A stretch of DNA of 64,000 bases from assembly GCA_964188305.1 (NCBI GenBank), contig OZ076897.1; one strand, given 5' to 3'. The notes under the pieces are model-generated. The model did no database searches and had not been told where the DNA came from. It worked only from the letters and a program-made list of their open reading frames with translations. Below are positions 48,871-61,630 of the stretch, piece after piece (the stretch's first letter is position 1; every line of letters begins with the position of its first letter). The DNA is from Podarcis bocagei. Lineage: Eukaryota. The position numbers and the translations under genes are program-made.

Positions 48871-51771
48871 TCTCCGTGGGCAAGGCTTCTCGACTCCGTT
48901 GGATCAGGGTCTTTATTGAATAAATAGGATGGCACAATGGCCAGCCTGGATAAATTGCCCGGTCACTGCGCCCCACTTCGCATCCAGAATTTACACATCT
49001 ACCATTGGAAAGCACATCGCTCCTTTCAGTATAATCTAGTTAATCTCCCACGCTGGTGTCTGGGCATTGCGTTTGATTTTGGAATTCGGTTTCAGTGTTG
49101 AAAGCCGTTGAGGCGGCTCTCTTTTTTTAAAAAAAAACCCCAAACAAACAGCCATGCAGAAACTGCATTCCCTTAAAATCTTAGCGAAAAGGGAAGCAGT
49201 CAAGGCTTGATGGCAACAAACAAGAGAGCTGGAGATTCTTTTACGGAGATAGGAGCTGCTCCGCTTTTGTATATCTCTGTGGTTAGGGCGTAACAACTCT
49301 AGGTCAAAAAGTTGAGGGTCAAAAGTTTACGTTGTGCGCCACTCTTAGTCATGCGCCCAGACAGAGTTTGATGTCAATGTTATAGCCAAGATCTTGACTA
49401 TCAACACAAAAGATAAAATAGCTTTGAGTTAGGCGTGTATCATAGTATGGACTCCAGGTGAACTCTAGTGGTTGAATGACCTCAATTACCGAGGAAAGGA
49501 TAGAAAATCCCTCTTTTCAAAGAGTAATGCACGTTGTATTTCATCTTGAATTATCAACCACATTTCCCCCATTGAATATCGTTGGCTGGCAGATGCATCA
49601 GGTGAATGCGGGCGCACATTCCTCCCCCCCCCCAGGCAACTGCGCATACACCCACCACCACCAATGCATTTTAAAGTGCGAGTCCTATCAGAGTCCATCG
49701 GAAATTCCCATTGGATTTTAATAGTTCTGAATCGCAGAGAAGTGGACTCTTGTTCACACAAGCGTAAGCCATAGTACAATTGTCTGGCTTTTAAGTGCCA
49801 CAATACTCTGTTTTGTGTGTGTGTGTTGTTCGGCTTTGCTACAACAGACTAACACAGCTAGCCCTCTCAAAAAGGCTCAGTGAGGTGCCAGCTGAGTTCT
49901 TAACTTTCCAGTGGGTACCAGAAGACTGATAGCAATATCTGAGGAAACGAGTAGACTGAGATGACGATCTCACTGCCGGATACCGCAGGAGTATAAAATA
50001 CAAGCATGACAATACTGGAGAAGTTCAGATATGCTGTCTTTCTGAGTGACCCTAAGCAAATTGCATGCCCCCCCCCCCCCAATCCTTTAGGGTTATACGT
50101 TTAATAAGAAATATATAGCTTCACCCTTTTGGCCGCCTTATTTAGCCACAATGAAGCTTTATTTTTTCCTTCTTTTTTTCAAGGCGTGTTTGTATCTGAA
50201 TAACTATTTATTTCAAATAGGGAAGTAGGGATTATTTATTTAGCCATGAGTAGGATTGCTTTCTGAGATGGATTTTCCGTTTTCACTGTGTCTCCAGGTG
50301 TTTTGTTTCTTTTGTGTATTTTTTTTTAAATCCGAGAAGGTGCGTTTTTCAGTCCTAAGAAATTCAGAATATTTCACAGAGATCCAGTGAGTGGTTTATT
50401 ACTAAGCAAATACATAGGAGAGATTGCTCCTTTCAGAGGTGTCGAAACAGAGATAACGTGCAGGAGAAAGTAAGCAAGTTATTATTAGAAGGCTTTATCA
50501 ATGCTTTGAAAATACACAAAGAACTACGGGACGCCTCCCCGTTCGACAAGAAATAGTTTTAATTATAAGGCGAGGACATTGGGCTTCCAGGAAACATATT
50601 TGCAATGTATTTTGGTTTTTCATCAGCGACCTTCTCTTGAAAATTATCTTGCAACGTCCCCCGCCCCCCCGTGTCTCCTATATGTGCTTTTGCACTGAAA
50701 TTACCACTGTAAGGTGGAGGGGGATGCTATTCACAACACACTGTTAAAAACACGCCTCTGCTATTTCGGTTTTGCCCTTGAAATACTGCATTGCCTATTT
50801 GGAAATTTAATTATAGGAAGCATGAACATTGCAAGGCGGAATGTTTGCTTAAACGTCCCTTTTATATACAGAGGACCAAGGAGACTATTTCGAAGACAAC
50901 ACTTCTTTGACTCCGCCTGTCCTGAAAAACTTGACTAAAAAAAACAGAGGGCGAAAAAAAAAGAGAGAATAAGATCTCTGTGGAAAGCAGCAAAGCGAAA
51001 CCTGGCTTTCTTTTCCAAGGACTCCTAGTGCCAATTTATTTTGCTTCCATTTAAGGTGGAATTTTGGGCGGGGGATGGGAGTAGGGACAAGTTTTTTCAA
51101 ATACAGAATATTTCCAGAAGGGCCTCAAAGAGCATCTGGAAGAAGTATCGCCTTCTCAAGTCGTTTTCTATTCATTCATTTTTTTAAACGGTAAAAATAA
51201 AAACGACACAGTGGGCTTTTGTTGCTTTGATCGGAGTCATACCCATATAGTCGGAGCGTCCTACCTCTAGCGAAGCATAGACACTGGTACTTGGTGCGTA
51301 ACGTGACCTTTGAAAAGATTAGCCTTCTCAGCCTCAAATGTAGATGCCAATCGCCCCATCTTCCCCTTCTTTAGAATTGTGCTTATTTACGGTCCTGGAC
51401 GACCAGGACCTCAAAGTCCAGTTACCAAACACACACATACGTACACACACGAGTTAGATCCTTATAAATAACAGGGGGGAAGGAGAACGTCCCAACCTCT
51501 TGTCCCAAGAATGAACTCCATAGGAACTCCATCACACCATCCAGTTCCCTGGTAGGACCTTTTGCTGATTCAGAGGAAGTTTAGGATAAACGCAGCCGCT
51601 GCGTTATCACAACGTTTACATGTTTTCTCGCACGGCCGCCTTAAGATTCCTTCCCCGTTTGCGAATAAGTGACCCTGCCCAGAGCCTCCTTCTGCCCCTT
51701 GCTATTTTTTTAAAAGACGCTCTTAAAGACCTCGGAAGGGGAAGAAAAAAAACCCCCTAAGTCCAAGGCCG

Positions 51772-51788
51772 AGGTGAACTTCAGGTCA
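51772..51788 (+). promoter_or_regulatory. DR5 retinoic acid response element upstream of HOXA4 (5' RARE)
   Basis: AGGTGA-ACTTC-AGGTCA, a DR5 about 3.9 kb upstream of the HOXA4 ATG. Matches the established Hoxa4/Hoxd4 5' RARE type. Confidence 0.88.
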
Positions 51789-53560
51789 GCGCGTCTAACA
51801 AATATGAAAATGTCGCTTTGTGAAGGGCACGCCTTGTTATTTAACAAAGACTGTCAATGTGTAAGATTAATAAGAAACAAAATGCGCCCGGTGTCACTTT
51901 TCGGTCACTTTGAAACTTGGGGCAGGCTTGCATTCAAGAGTGAAAGCTGGGTTAAATATATTCAAAATGCCTCGAATCAAATTCAAGCCAGGCTGCCGGG
52001 TGTCGCTCTCCACCGCCAACCCGCCAACCCGCCTCCCCCCCTCCGCCCGCGTCTCTATTGCTCGCTCGCTCCCTCTCTCCCTCCCAGGCGCGTGGGCAAG
52101 TTGGAAAGTTTAATTGCATAGATTATCTATAAAAGCGCAACCTAAGATTGCGGTGCGCGCGCACACACATCTATATTTACACTCTGAACTTGCTAGTCGG
52201 GGTTGGCACACTCTCCGCTTATCCATTTACTTGGTTTGCTCCAGTTCTGAGACCCGCTCCTGTTTCTTGGGAACCTCGGAGTTATCTTGCCATCAACTTT
52301 CATTTCGGTCCATCTTCCACGTTCTTCACTGGTTAGCTGCTAAACTTCAGCCTCCCCTGATCTGCGATGATGATGAGGTCTTGGTGCTGAAATCCCCCTC
52401 ACTGAAATGTGTGTGGTTTTAAAAAAAATTATAGGCGATGCTCTGAAGCAGTTTCAGGAGGCCAGGGTTCAGGGTTCGGTGTAGGTTCGTTCCGGGATTT
52501 GCTCCGCGGAGCCATAAATCTCTGGAGGGAGCGGGAGGGGAGGCTGAACGTGGAAACCGCCGCATATGAGATAACAACTTGGTGGTCTTGGCTGGGCTCT
52601 TGTTTATGATATGTAAACCGCAAAGACGAGGAACAGGCCCATCTCTGCAGCCTGATAGAATCCCATGGAGGTGGGGGTGGGGGGGAGAGAAACCCTGGCT
52701 GCTCCCGCAGCTGAGCAGCTTAGGTCACCTTGGAGATTTACAGCCCCAGCTCTAGAATCGTATTCATTGCTTGTTGCAACTGAGCAAAGGAGACACCCAG
52801 TGGAAAGCTGACCAGGGGGAAACAGAGCAGGCTCTGAGATACAATCAGGAGAGCTAATATTAAACAGCCCCTGGGACGTTCTCCGAAGGTAATAATCAGC
52901 AGACAAAAAGAGAGAGAAGGTACCTGCTTTCCTTGTATTGTTGTGGTTTCTTTTCTTTTTTTGTTTTGTTTTGGGGAAAAACCTGCGGTTTTGACGCCTG
53001 GTGGTTTTCTGGTATTTACTATCGCCCTCAGATGCAAGGGCACCGCTTTATCTCAAGGGAAATTGATAGTGTTTATGTCAGAGGTGCATCTTGCAGTGTT
53101 TCTGTGCCAGAATCGCACCGTCCATTTCAGCGTGTGCGAGAAAAGGGGAGGGAAAAGCGAAACAAAACCCTGCGCCTTTGCTTTAGCCGTTTAACACCAA
53201 CCATGGGCTTAATTGTTGCTGTTTGTTAGTGGCAAAGGGGCAGTTTGCATCCCGGTCTACTATTCCGTGAAACCATAAAACGGGACTGGAGCCGGTTGTC
53301 ATTCCTACAAATGTCACAGGCGCGCAATCAGCGTTAAAAAGCCAAGTGTTGGATCCTGCTATTTGACTTCCGCATTGTCTGCGAGTGTTTTACGGCCTGG
53401 CACTCGCCAGTGGCATCTATTTGCTTCCACAGTGTATGGTGCATTCGAGAAAGCTTTGCATACATAGAATATCCACTGGAGATGTACAAGGTGGGGGGGT
53501 GGGGAGGGCTCTTGCCATTTCCAGGACGGAGGTATTTCCGATAGTATCTGGAAACCAGCA

Positions 53561-53561
<1 letters not shown>

Positions 53562-53617
<56 letters not shown>

Positions 53618-53642
53618 TACTACTATTACTATTACTATTATT
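53562..53642. repeat. (ATT)n(ACT)n microsatellite
   Basis: Seen directly. Confidence 0.95.
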
Positions 53643-55682
53643 GTTGTTATCGTGGAACGAGGTTTCAGCAGTTTAAGGGAGACGCACAGAGAAGAGGAAG
53701 GGAAATTCAACGAGAGCATAAAAACGGGACCTATTGAGCGCACTGACACACATTTATACACAAAGAATTGTAGCTGGTTAATCTAGATGCAATCGTCATC
53801 CACACGAGCGCTATGAGCGGTTGATACAACCGAAAAAGTCTTCAGTCCACACTTCGAGTGAAATAATCACGATGAGAATGAACACCCCTATTATATGGAT
53901 CCTTTTCTTAAAACTAAACTGGTTCTTTGGGAAGAGGGCAGAGCAGCATTTTATCAAGTTCCAAATTCTTATTTTTTAAAACTAATATTAATATTATATT
54001 ATATTAAATGGGTGTGTCCCTAAAGACTCAAATATTAAAAAGGAAGGTGGGTCACTAGACCCACCAAGCGGTTGAATTAATATATACTATAATAAAGGCT
54101 AGTTTAACGTCCAGATTTCAATTACCCCATAGGTCAGGCCATCGCCTCCTTTTCCTCCCTGTCTCGCAAACGGATCAATTTCCAGCAATCGTAACGCAGG
54201 TCGAAGAGACTATTCACGACGCACAACTGCAATGTTTACGGTACTTGTGAAAGATAACGGTGCATTCTGTTTTAAATAACCAATTCCTCTCCCTTTCTCA
54301 AAGGGAAATACTGTTTCCTGGGCACTAGATATCTTTATTTATTTATTTAGGCACGTGAATGGGCTTAATTCTTGATCTTAACTGCCTCTCTAGTCTGCTG
54401 GAGGTTTTGATTAAAATCTATTCACCTTTAAAAAAAAAAGTATTTTTATATTGGCCTCTCTATTTAATGATATGCCCCCGCAGCTCCAAATTTGCCACGG
54501 GGTGGAAGATTTTAAAAATAATTAAATTATCGTAAAAGAGCAACATTTAAAAGCCCCCGGGAGGTATCAGAGAGAAACAAATAGCTAGTTGCAATTAGGT
54601 GGTCTCTGTTTTCATAGGATCGACTGGTCTCATTGATTGCACTGCTACCGTCCAATCACTCATTGATGCCCCCGAAATCACGCGATCTCGGGTGCCCTTT
54701 TATGTCTCGGGAGGACACTGCGTTTCCTTTGCTTTCAATGACTTGGTAAGGGCTGGAGATACAGAGAGCGAAACCGTACGCTGCGTTTGATGTTCGGTTT
54801 CAGATACATATACAATGCTTTGCTCACACTGTTGCTACTCACGGCCTGATGCTTGTGGTCAGAAATAGCACACATGCGCAAACTCCCAGCTTGCGTTCAG
54901 GAGGATATATTATTCCGGAATAAGGACTACCCTTGGTTCCCTCATCATGATAGCGCACAAGGACGTCTTCTGCGACACACACTTTTGGGCTGCCCCAGAT
55001 CACTCCCTAAACCACCCTGACCCTAAGTAGCACATAGCTGTTTTAAGGGGTAACGACCGTGCGTGGTTAGTCTTAGGTGACCTAGCATGTCAAGCAAGGA
55101 TCCCTCGCTGCTTTCACTGGGGAAACTCGCTCAAAGCAGCAGCCCCCTCGCCGACAGCTGCATGGCCCGGAGGCTTTCCTCTCGGCCTAATTCTCTAGTT
55201 AGGCCGCTTGCGCCGACTTCGGTTCTGACCGCCGCTGTCTGGAGCGCGCAGAAAGGAATCTCCAGCTTCTCCTTGCCTCTGCCGCGAGAAAGGCGAGACA
55301 GGCAGGCAGGGACCGTCCTGGGCTTGTCCACCAGCGTTTCATTTCCTGATCCGGGCTCTGCCAACCGCGTAGCAATTGGCCCTGCCGGTCAGGTGGTGGG
55401 GGTGGCACTGGTTTGTGTGTGTGTGTTTGCGCGCGCGTGTGTTCCAGGCTCTTGGGGTGGGAACTGGAAAGGAAGGGGGGAGCGGAGGCCCAAACTTTGG
55501 CAGCAGGCGCTTGACAACAGCAGCAAGGGGGGTTGGAGGAGGAGGAGGAGGGAGGGAGGGAGGGAAGGAAGGAAAGAGGGAGGGAGGGAAGGAAGGAAGA
55601 AGGGGGAGGAGGGGAGGGGCCTCCTCGAGCCCAGAAAAACGACAACGCGAGAAAAATTAGTATTTTTGCACTTCACAAATTA

Positions 55683-56382
55683 ATGACCATGAGTTCGTTT
55701 TTGATAAACTCCAACTACATCGAGCCCAAATTCCCTCCTTGCGAGGAATATTCGCAGCTCGGCGGCGGCGGCGGCGGCGGCGGGAGCAGCTACCACCACC
55801 ACCACCAGAACCAGCCCCACCACCAGCAACCCCATCACCACCATCCTCAGCCGCAGCAGCACCTGCGCCAGCAGCACCACCAGGCTCACGCCGGCCAGCC
55901 TCTCCCCGATTACTACCAGCGGCCGAGCAGGGAGCCCGGATACCAGCCGCCAGCGCCGCCGCCGCCTCCTCCGCCTCCTCCTCCCGAGGCGCTGTACCCC
56001 GCGCAGCCACCCCACCACTACCCGGAGTCGCCTTATAGCTACAGCAGCCTCAGCGCCACTCCGGGCCAGGAGCAGCCGCCTCCCGGAGCCTCGCCGCCAC
56101 CGCCTCCTCCGCCGCCCCTGCCTCCTCCTCCGCCACCCCCGCCACCGCCTGCTCCACAGACTCCCGCGCGGAAGGGCCACCATGCCCCGAGCCAGCCCTT
56201 GCTCCAAGGCCACGTCCCGCCACCGCCTCAGCCCCACCAGCGCCATTGCGAAGCAGCAGCGGCGGCGACAGCGCCCGGGGGAATCCCTGCCTGCCCGCTC
56301 TTGCCGGACAAGAGCCTGCCCGGCCTGAAAGGCAAGGAGCCGGTGGTGTACCCTTGGATGAAGAAGGTCCACGTTAACACGG
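55683..56382 (+). CDS. HOXA4: Homeobox protein Hox-A4, exon 1 (joins 56884-57218; 344 aa)
   Basis: MTMSSFLINSNYIEPKFPPCEEY N-terminus, ACPLLPDKSLPGLKGKEPVVYPWMKK, and Hox4-type leader AAATTAATGACCATG. Donor ACGG|GTGAGT at 56382/56383, phase 1. Confidence 0.96.
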
Positions 56383-56569
56383 GTGAGTTGACCACCTTCT
56401 TCCAAGGGGAGCCGGGATGCCTTGTATGCGTGTGCGTGGCGAGGTGGAGGAGGCTGGGCTAGGCTGGACTCCGAGGTTGTGTGCATATACGTGTCTGTGT
56501 GTGCTGGCGCATTTCCTAAATTTAAAAAAGCGCGCACGCACACGTGAGAAGCCTTTTGTACTCGGGGCC

Positions 56570-56712
56570 CTTTATCAAGAGATTTACGAGACGCCAAACT
56601 GTTAGGGCAGTAATTATAGTCCCCATAAATTTAATCGCCCTGCCTGTGGCTCTGGGCCACGTCTCTTTGAAGCTTTTCTTGAACCCAAATGCCCGTCACC
56701 ATTTTTTATGGC
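56570..56712. promoter_or_regulatory. HOXA4 intronic HB1-like homeodomain-binding element
   Basis: GATTTACGAG, GTAATTA, CCATAAATTTAAT and TTTTATGG clustered in the 501-nt intron. Confidence 0.6.
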
Positions 56713-56883
56713 TCCCCAATTGTCTCCTATTGTCACGAGCCTGTGAACCATTTTCTTCCCCGCTTCTGTGGCTAATCTAAACCCAGTGTCGAGTTATTAT
56801 ATAATAATGATAATGTTCCGTTGCCTTCTTCTCCTTTGTGTCCGTGCGTGTGCGTGTGTGTGTGCGCGCCTGTGTACGCTCAG

Positions 56884-57218
56884 TCAACCCCAATTACACT
56901 GGAGGCGAGCCCAAAAGGTCTCGAACTGCCTACACCAGACAGCAAGTCCTGGAGCTGGAGAAGGAGTTCCATTTTAACCGCTACCTGACCAGGAGGCGAC
57001 GCATCGAGATCGCGCACACGCTCTGCCTCTCCGAGCGCCAGGTCAAGATTTGGTTTCAGAACAGGAGGATGAAGTGGAAGAAGGACCACAAGCTGCCCAA
57101 CACCAAGATGCGCTCCTCCAACCCCTCCAGTCTTAGCCAGCAAGCCAAAGCGTCAGCACAGCACCATCAGACCCCACCGCCCAGGGGTAGGGCGACCCCA
57201 AACTCAGCAGCGCTCTGA
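56884..57218 (+). CDS. HOXA4: Hox-A4 exon 2 (homeodomain)
   Basis: Acceptor cAG| at 56882-56883. Translates [80 protein letters not shown].. to TGA. RQVKI and TKMRSSN are HOXA4-type. Confidence 0.97.
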
Positions 57219-57974
57219 TGGCCCGACAGACGCAGGGACACCCTAACCCACCACACGTCCCGCTCCTGCCTGATTTAATTTGCCATAGGGACTATATTAA
57301 GGGGCATAAATGCAGAACAAGAAGCAGTCACAGGGCACGTGTGTTTAAACCAAAAACCAAAAACAAACACCTTGGACAAAGTGTTCACCTTCTGTAAATA
57401 TGACCTTTCCATTCCCACCATGTTTCGTTTTTTAATTTATTTATGGAAATACGGTCCACCTGCAGCATCATTAAAGAGTTGAGGATGGATCCTGTACCTA
57501 AGAAGGACCCTTTGCAGATATGTTTTAAGGTGTCAACATATGTTAATAAGTGACTTTGTGACATGTGTGTGTAAATCATAGACTTTGTTTTGTTTCGTGG
57601 AACATTCGTGGACTCTCAATTACAGACAGAAGCAAAGCCATCTTATGACGTGGAAGTATTTTGGAAGTTGGAGTGGGGACGTTGCCCAGAGACCCCACCA
57701 CCCTCCAGCCCTTACCGACCAAGAAAGTATGTTTTCTGTGTAATAAGAACAAAAAAGTGTAGTCTCTGCTGTAGTCGTGATACATTATCCTCCCCCGACG
57801 GTGCATTTGTTACTTTTTATAAAAAAAGAACGAAAAAGAAAAGTACACCAATATTGCTATAAAGGCTATTTCTGTCTCCGTGTCTTGCCATAGTCAAACG
57901 TCCGTGTACAGTTTGTGAAATCTATGTGTACACATTTGTGAATGTGTGATGTATATATAATGTCCAGTGCTGGT

Positions 57975-58026
57975 AATAAAATAAAATAAAACCAAACCAA
58001 ACCACACCTCTCTGTACAAAAATAAA
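57975..58026 (+). terminator. HOXA4 polyadenylation signal region
   Basis: AATAAA at 57975 (tandem AAAAT repeats) and at 58021, preceded by TGTA motifs. Confidence 0.55.
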
Positions 58027-58926
58027 ACTTAAGGCACTAGACACACCGTGAGAAGCGTGCATTTGCCTAGAATGTGACTTTGTTGACATAAACATGAAAA
58101 CTCTCGAGGATGTCATGTGTACATGCTGTTCAACCCATTCCTTAGGAGAGGCCGAGTACCTGCATTATAGTCGAATTAGTTTTATTAAGGAGTAACGTTT
58201 CTCCTTCCCAAACACCCGAACCACTTTATGTGTAAGGAAGTCACATCGTTTTCGATGACACTGGCTTCCACATAGGACCATAGACCAAAGCCCCTATGGA
58301 AAGCAGAGAGTTGAGAGTAATTCCCATTGAAACAGGTTGCCGGGGGGTGTCGTTGTAGATGGGCTGAATAGGCTGCCATCCAAGTACCCAGTTTTAAGTG
58401 AGTTGTGGATCGGCCTGCGCAGCCTGTCCATTTCCCTAAGGAGGCGCTTCGGCTTAGCCACTCCTTCTACACCTTCTACAGGATACAGTCCACTGTGTGT
58501 AGAACAAGAAAGGCGTCCATCCCCCCAAATTCTCATTCATGACATGTGTCCTCTGCCTACACCATTGGGGAAATATAGTTCTTTCCCGCCTTGTGTGAAG
58601 AGAAACGGGGCTATTCCAGTAGAATGAAGGGAATAATAACAGTAATAGTAACACTGCACTATCAATGCTTAAACATATTGCAGCATCAGTAGTGACCCCT
58701 TAGTTTATTCCAGCCGCAGCAACTTTCCACAGGGGGGAAGAGGGCCGAGTTGCAATGGCCCACCGCTCTTCGGCATGGGAACAAACCGGAAGCGTTAAAG
58801 CCGCACACCCAAAACATTATGGTAAAGCCAGATGATGCCCTTGACATGGAGGTTCATGGGGGGGGGGTGTCTTCTGAACAGCTTAACCAACCCATGCAAT
58901 AAGTACAAGTGAAAGTTGCTAGTTTA

Positions 58927-59018
58927 ACTCTACACCCCCATTGACGTTTACTCCGAGGCAAGTCCCACTGTTGCACAGTGAGGCTTATTTCCAGGTAAGT
59001 GTGTCTAGGGTTGCACTC
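58927..59018. mobile_element. MITE-like element family A
   Basis: TTTACTCCGAGGCAAGTCCCACTG..CAGTGAGGCTTATTTCCAGGTAAGTGTGTCTAGGGTTGCAC; 92 bp, flanked by TAA and TTA. Confidence 0.7.
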
Positions 59019-60143
59019 TTAAAAGTAGCAATTCTTCAGTCTCCTCCTGGAGAGTGGAATACAGTTCTGGGCCCTTTCTGATATCCAGAACTATAATCCG
59101 ATGCCGGTTTATATTGGAGACTTAAATGGCGCATTGAGTGCAAAAGCTTGTAGACAGCTCAGACAGAACTGCCGTGGAAGCATAAGCAGATGGTTTAAAT
59201 GTATCCTTCGTCCATTGGGCTGGGAAGGGTGACACCGCCATTTGAAAAGTTATGGTCTCACTTGCCGTGCAGAAGAGAAGTAAACATTGCTGTGAATAAT
59301 CTGGAAGTGTGCGTCGAACTGCACCACCCCAAAGGACTTCCTTTCTTATTTACTATATCCTTAAAGTGCCCTGTCCCGTATGTTTGTTTGTTTGTTTGTT
59401 GTTAAGAAATAAAAGAGAATAGGCTGGAAAACAATATCGCCCCCTCTCCTCCCTGTTAACATGGACCTCTTTTTGTCTAAAGTCTTTGTTTGGTCTGCCC
59501 TAGAGAATTCTCTTCTGGTAAATCCACTGACGCTCGAAAATCAAGAGGAGTGTCCCAAAACTGTTAAATCAGTGATTAGTATTGAAGTATGATTGCGGAT
59601 CTTCCCTGACTTCCGTAGTCTTACGCTTGGATCACCCCCCTTTCCCTCCCCCTCTTTCTCCATTGTGTGTGTGTGGGGGGGCGAAGAGCCCGAAATGAAA
59701 TCACGCTGAAAATAGCAATTTTACTAGGAATCATTAATCACCTCCTACAATAAATACTTCTTTGTAATTCAACAGCGATTCTGAAAGGCATTCTCCTGGA
59801 AAAAGGTCTGAGAAGACACGAAGGATTTTCCTGGGGAAAATGGGTTCATGTAGAAAGACACAGTCGCTTGGCTGTGCCATGAAAATGTATACTTTCTGGG
59901 TGGAGAACCGAACGAAGACTGGAAAATGCACGTGGCAGATCAACATCATTCAAGGTAATGTTTTTATTTGGTTTTTGGGGTTGTTGTTTTCTGTTTATGC
60001 CTTTCCCCTTGAAAACGCAGGGCGCTTCACGGTGATGTGTAGGTGTCGAATTTTTTTTAAGCTTGGCTGCCATAATCGATGTAACAATAAGTCCGAAAAC
60101 TACACCCGACCATTGTCCTGGTTTGTGCGAGGGCAATGGGGAG

Positions 60144-60160
60144 AGTTCACCGAAAGGACA
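60144..60160 (+). promoter_or_regulatory. DR5 retinoic acid response element downstream of HOXA4 (3' RARE)
   Basis: AGTTCA-CCGAA-AGGACA, the same form as the recalled Hox4 3' neural-enhancer RAREs; about 2.9 kb after the HOXA4 stop. Confidence 0.8.
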
Positions 60161-60276
60161 AATTTTCTATCCCATTAATTGTTTTTTTAAGAGAAGCAGA
60201 CTGACCCATCAAACCCTTGACCTTTAAAGGCAGGATTCTTTCTAGCTGCTGGACCTAAATCTGCTCCTCTTGCCCT

Positions 60277-60280
<4 letters not shown>

Positions 60281-60334
<54 letters not shown>
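60281..60334. repeat. (CA)27 microsatellite
   Basis: Seen directly. Confidence 0.95.
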
Positions 60335-60337
<3 letters not shown>

Positions 60338-61630
60338 ACTGCATATTACCAAAGAAAGCTGCTTTGGATCCTAAAGGTGGAAGCGCCTTCATGTTTCAGA
60401 TAGAGTATATGCAAATACCGGTACTTGAAACAGTCGGGCGTAAAGGTCTAAGCTCTAAGGGGTCCAACCACAAACAAGTAAGGGAGGAGGGCTAGAACTG
60501 TGCTGCTTGCCTTTTCCTCCCACTCAGAGATGTGGCATGCGGGGCGCAGGTTTGTTTGTTTGGGTTTTTATTTTATTGCTGCCTTTGGGATTCACTCGTG
60601 GCCAGCATCCAGTGCTGAAGAGGGATTGCCACATGGATTCCTGGAGAAGGGACTGGCCATTTTGGGTTGCAGCAGCTACAGGACGAGATGGGTTTGCGTA
60701 TGTAAGGGAACGAGAAGGGAGGAAGGCCCAGACTGGTGGGATTTGGCAGGTTTCCATCTCATGCTGTCTAGATTTTCCCCAATTTTGTAAGCAGAAAGGT
60801 GTGTGTGTATACGTGGCGCTGTGTAGGGTTAGAGGATTGCGAAGGACCGTTTCGTCTCTCTCTCTCCCACCCCCCTGCCCCCAATACACACAACCCATCT
60901 TCAAACTTTAGGCTCATATTTGCTAACTTTGAGCGTGTGAAATGATCGCCGCAGGCCTCCAGACGATTCTACAGGCTCCAACACTCCTGGTCCAAGTCCT
61001 TCATGCCCAACAGAGGCTACAGAACTAGCTTGAAACTCTGCTCCCCTCCCTACTTTCCTTTTAAGAGAAGTGCCCCTCGGTTTGCTTAGCTTGTTCACTA
61101 CAGAAATATACAGATCAATATCTTGGTGACACCATTTCACCGGGCAACCTCAGCGTGAACCGACCGGGAAGACCAATAAACAAGAACTGCGAGGTTTTGG
61201 ATGTGATTTATAGTATGCGGAGAAGGGACATTAAAAAAAAAAGACAGACAGAAAGAGAAAGTTTCAGAAAGAGAAAGTAGTGTCTTTTTCCTACACTTCC
61301 ATTACAAGAGAGACAGATGGACACCTAAGACAGAAGTGCTACTCTCCGGGCAGAGACAATCTCTGACGCGCAGGATTGGCTAGGTTGAGAAGGAGGAGTA
61401 GGTGTGAAGATATTGTTCTTGCCCAGCTTTGAGGGAAATGTTAGCTTTGCAGTTCTGCTAATTGCCAGCTACCTCCAGAGCAGTTTAATTTACTCACTCC
61501 TTTGGCCATGCTGCGGCCCAGGAGGATTAGGCCGCCAAGTTCTCTTAACTTCATACTTTGACCCCATTTGAGCTCATTGGTGCTTTTGCCTGTTTCATGA
61601 ATAATAAGCAGTAGTCCCGTCCCCCCCGTT

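Noticed and set aside
51236-51286. Faint resemblance to a miR-10 precursor (ATACCC..TAG..CGGA / TCTAG..GAA..CATAGACAC)
   Set aside because: There is no intact TACCCTGTAG seed region and no convincing hairpin. It lies upstream of the 5' RARE, and tetrapod HoxA clusters are known to lack miR-10, so this is probably chance similarity.
52465-52492. GGTTCA-G-GGTTCG half-site repeats as a possible RARE
   Set aside because: The half-sites are degenerate and in a simple GGGTTC repeat context, with no canonical DR2 or DR5.
53385-53786. ORFs with poly-I, poly-Y, HTHT or CVCV tracts and ORFs spanning N runs
   Set aside because: These are translations of microsatellites or assembly gaps.
55533-55682. 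In-frame N-terminal extension of HOXA4 in the ORF track (similarly 15516-15563 for HOXA9)
   Set aside because: It starts at TTG and runs through a purine repeat that has no stops by composition. The conserved Hox4 start is MTMSSFL at 55683.
55680-56597. Long antisense and alternative-frame ORFs over GC-rich Hox exons (e.g. 305 aa on the - strand here; also 4524-4995, 15666-16127, 40810-41283)
   Set aside because: These are shadows of GC-rich trinucleotide-repeat coding sequence that lacks stop codons; no recognisable domains.
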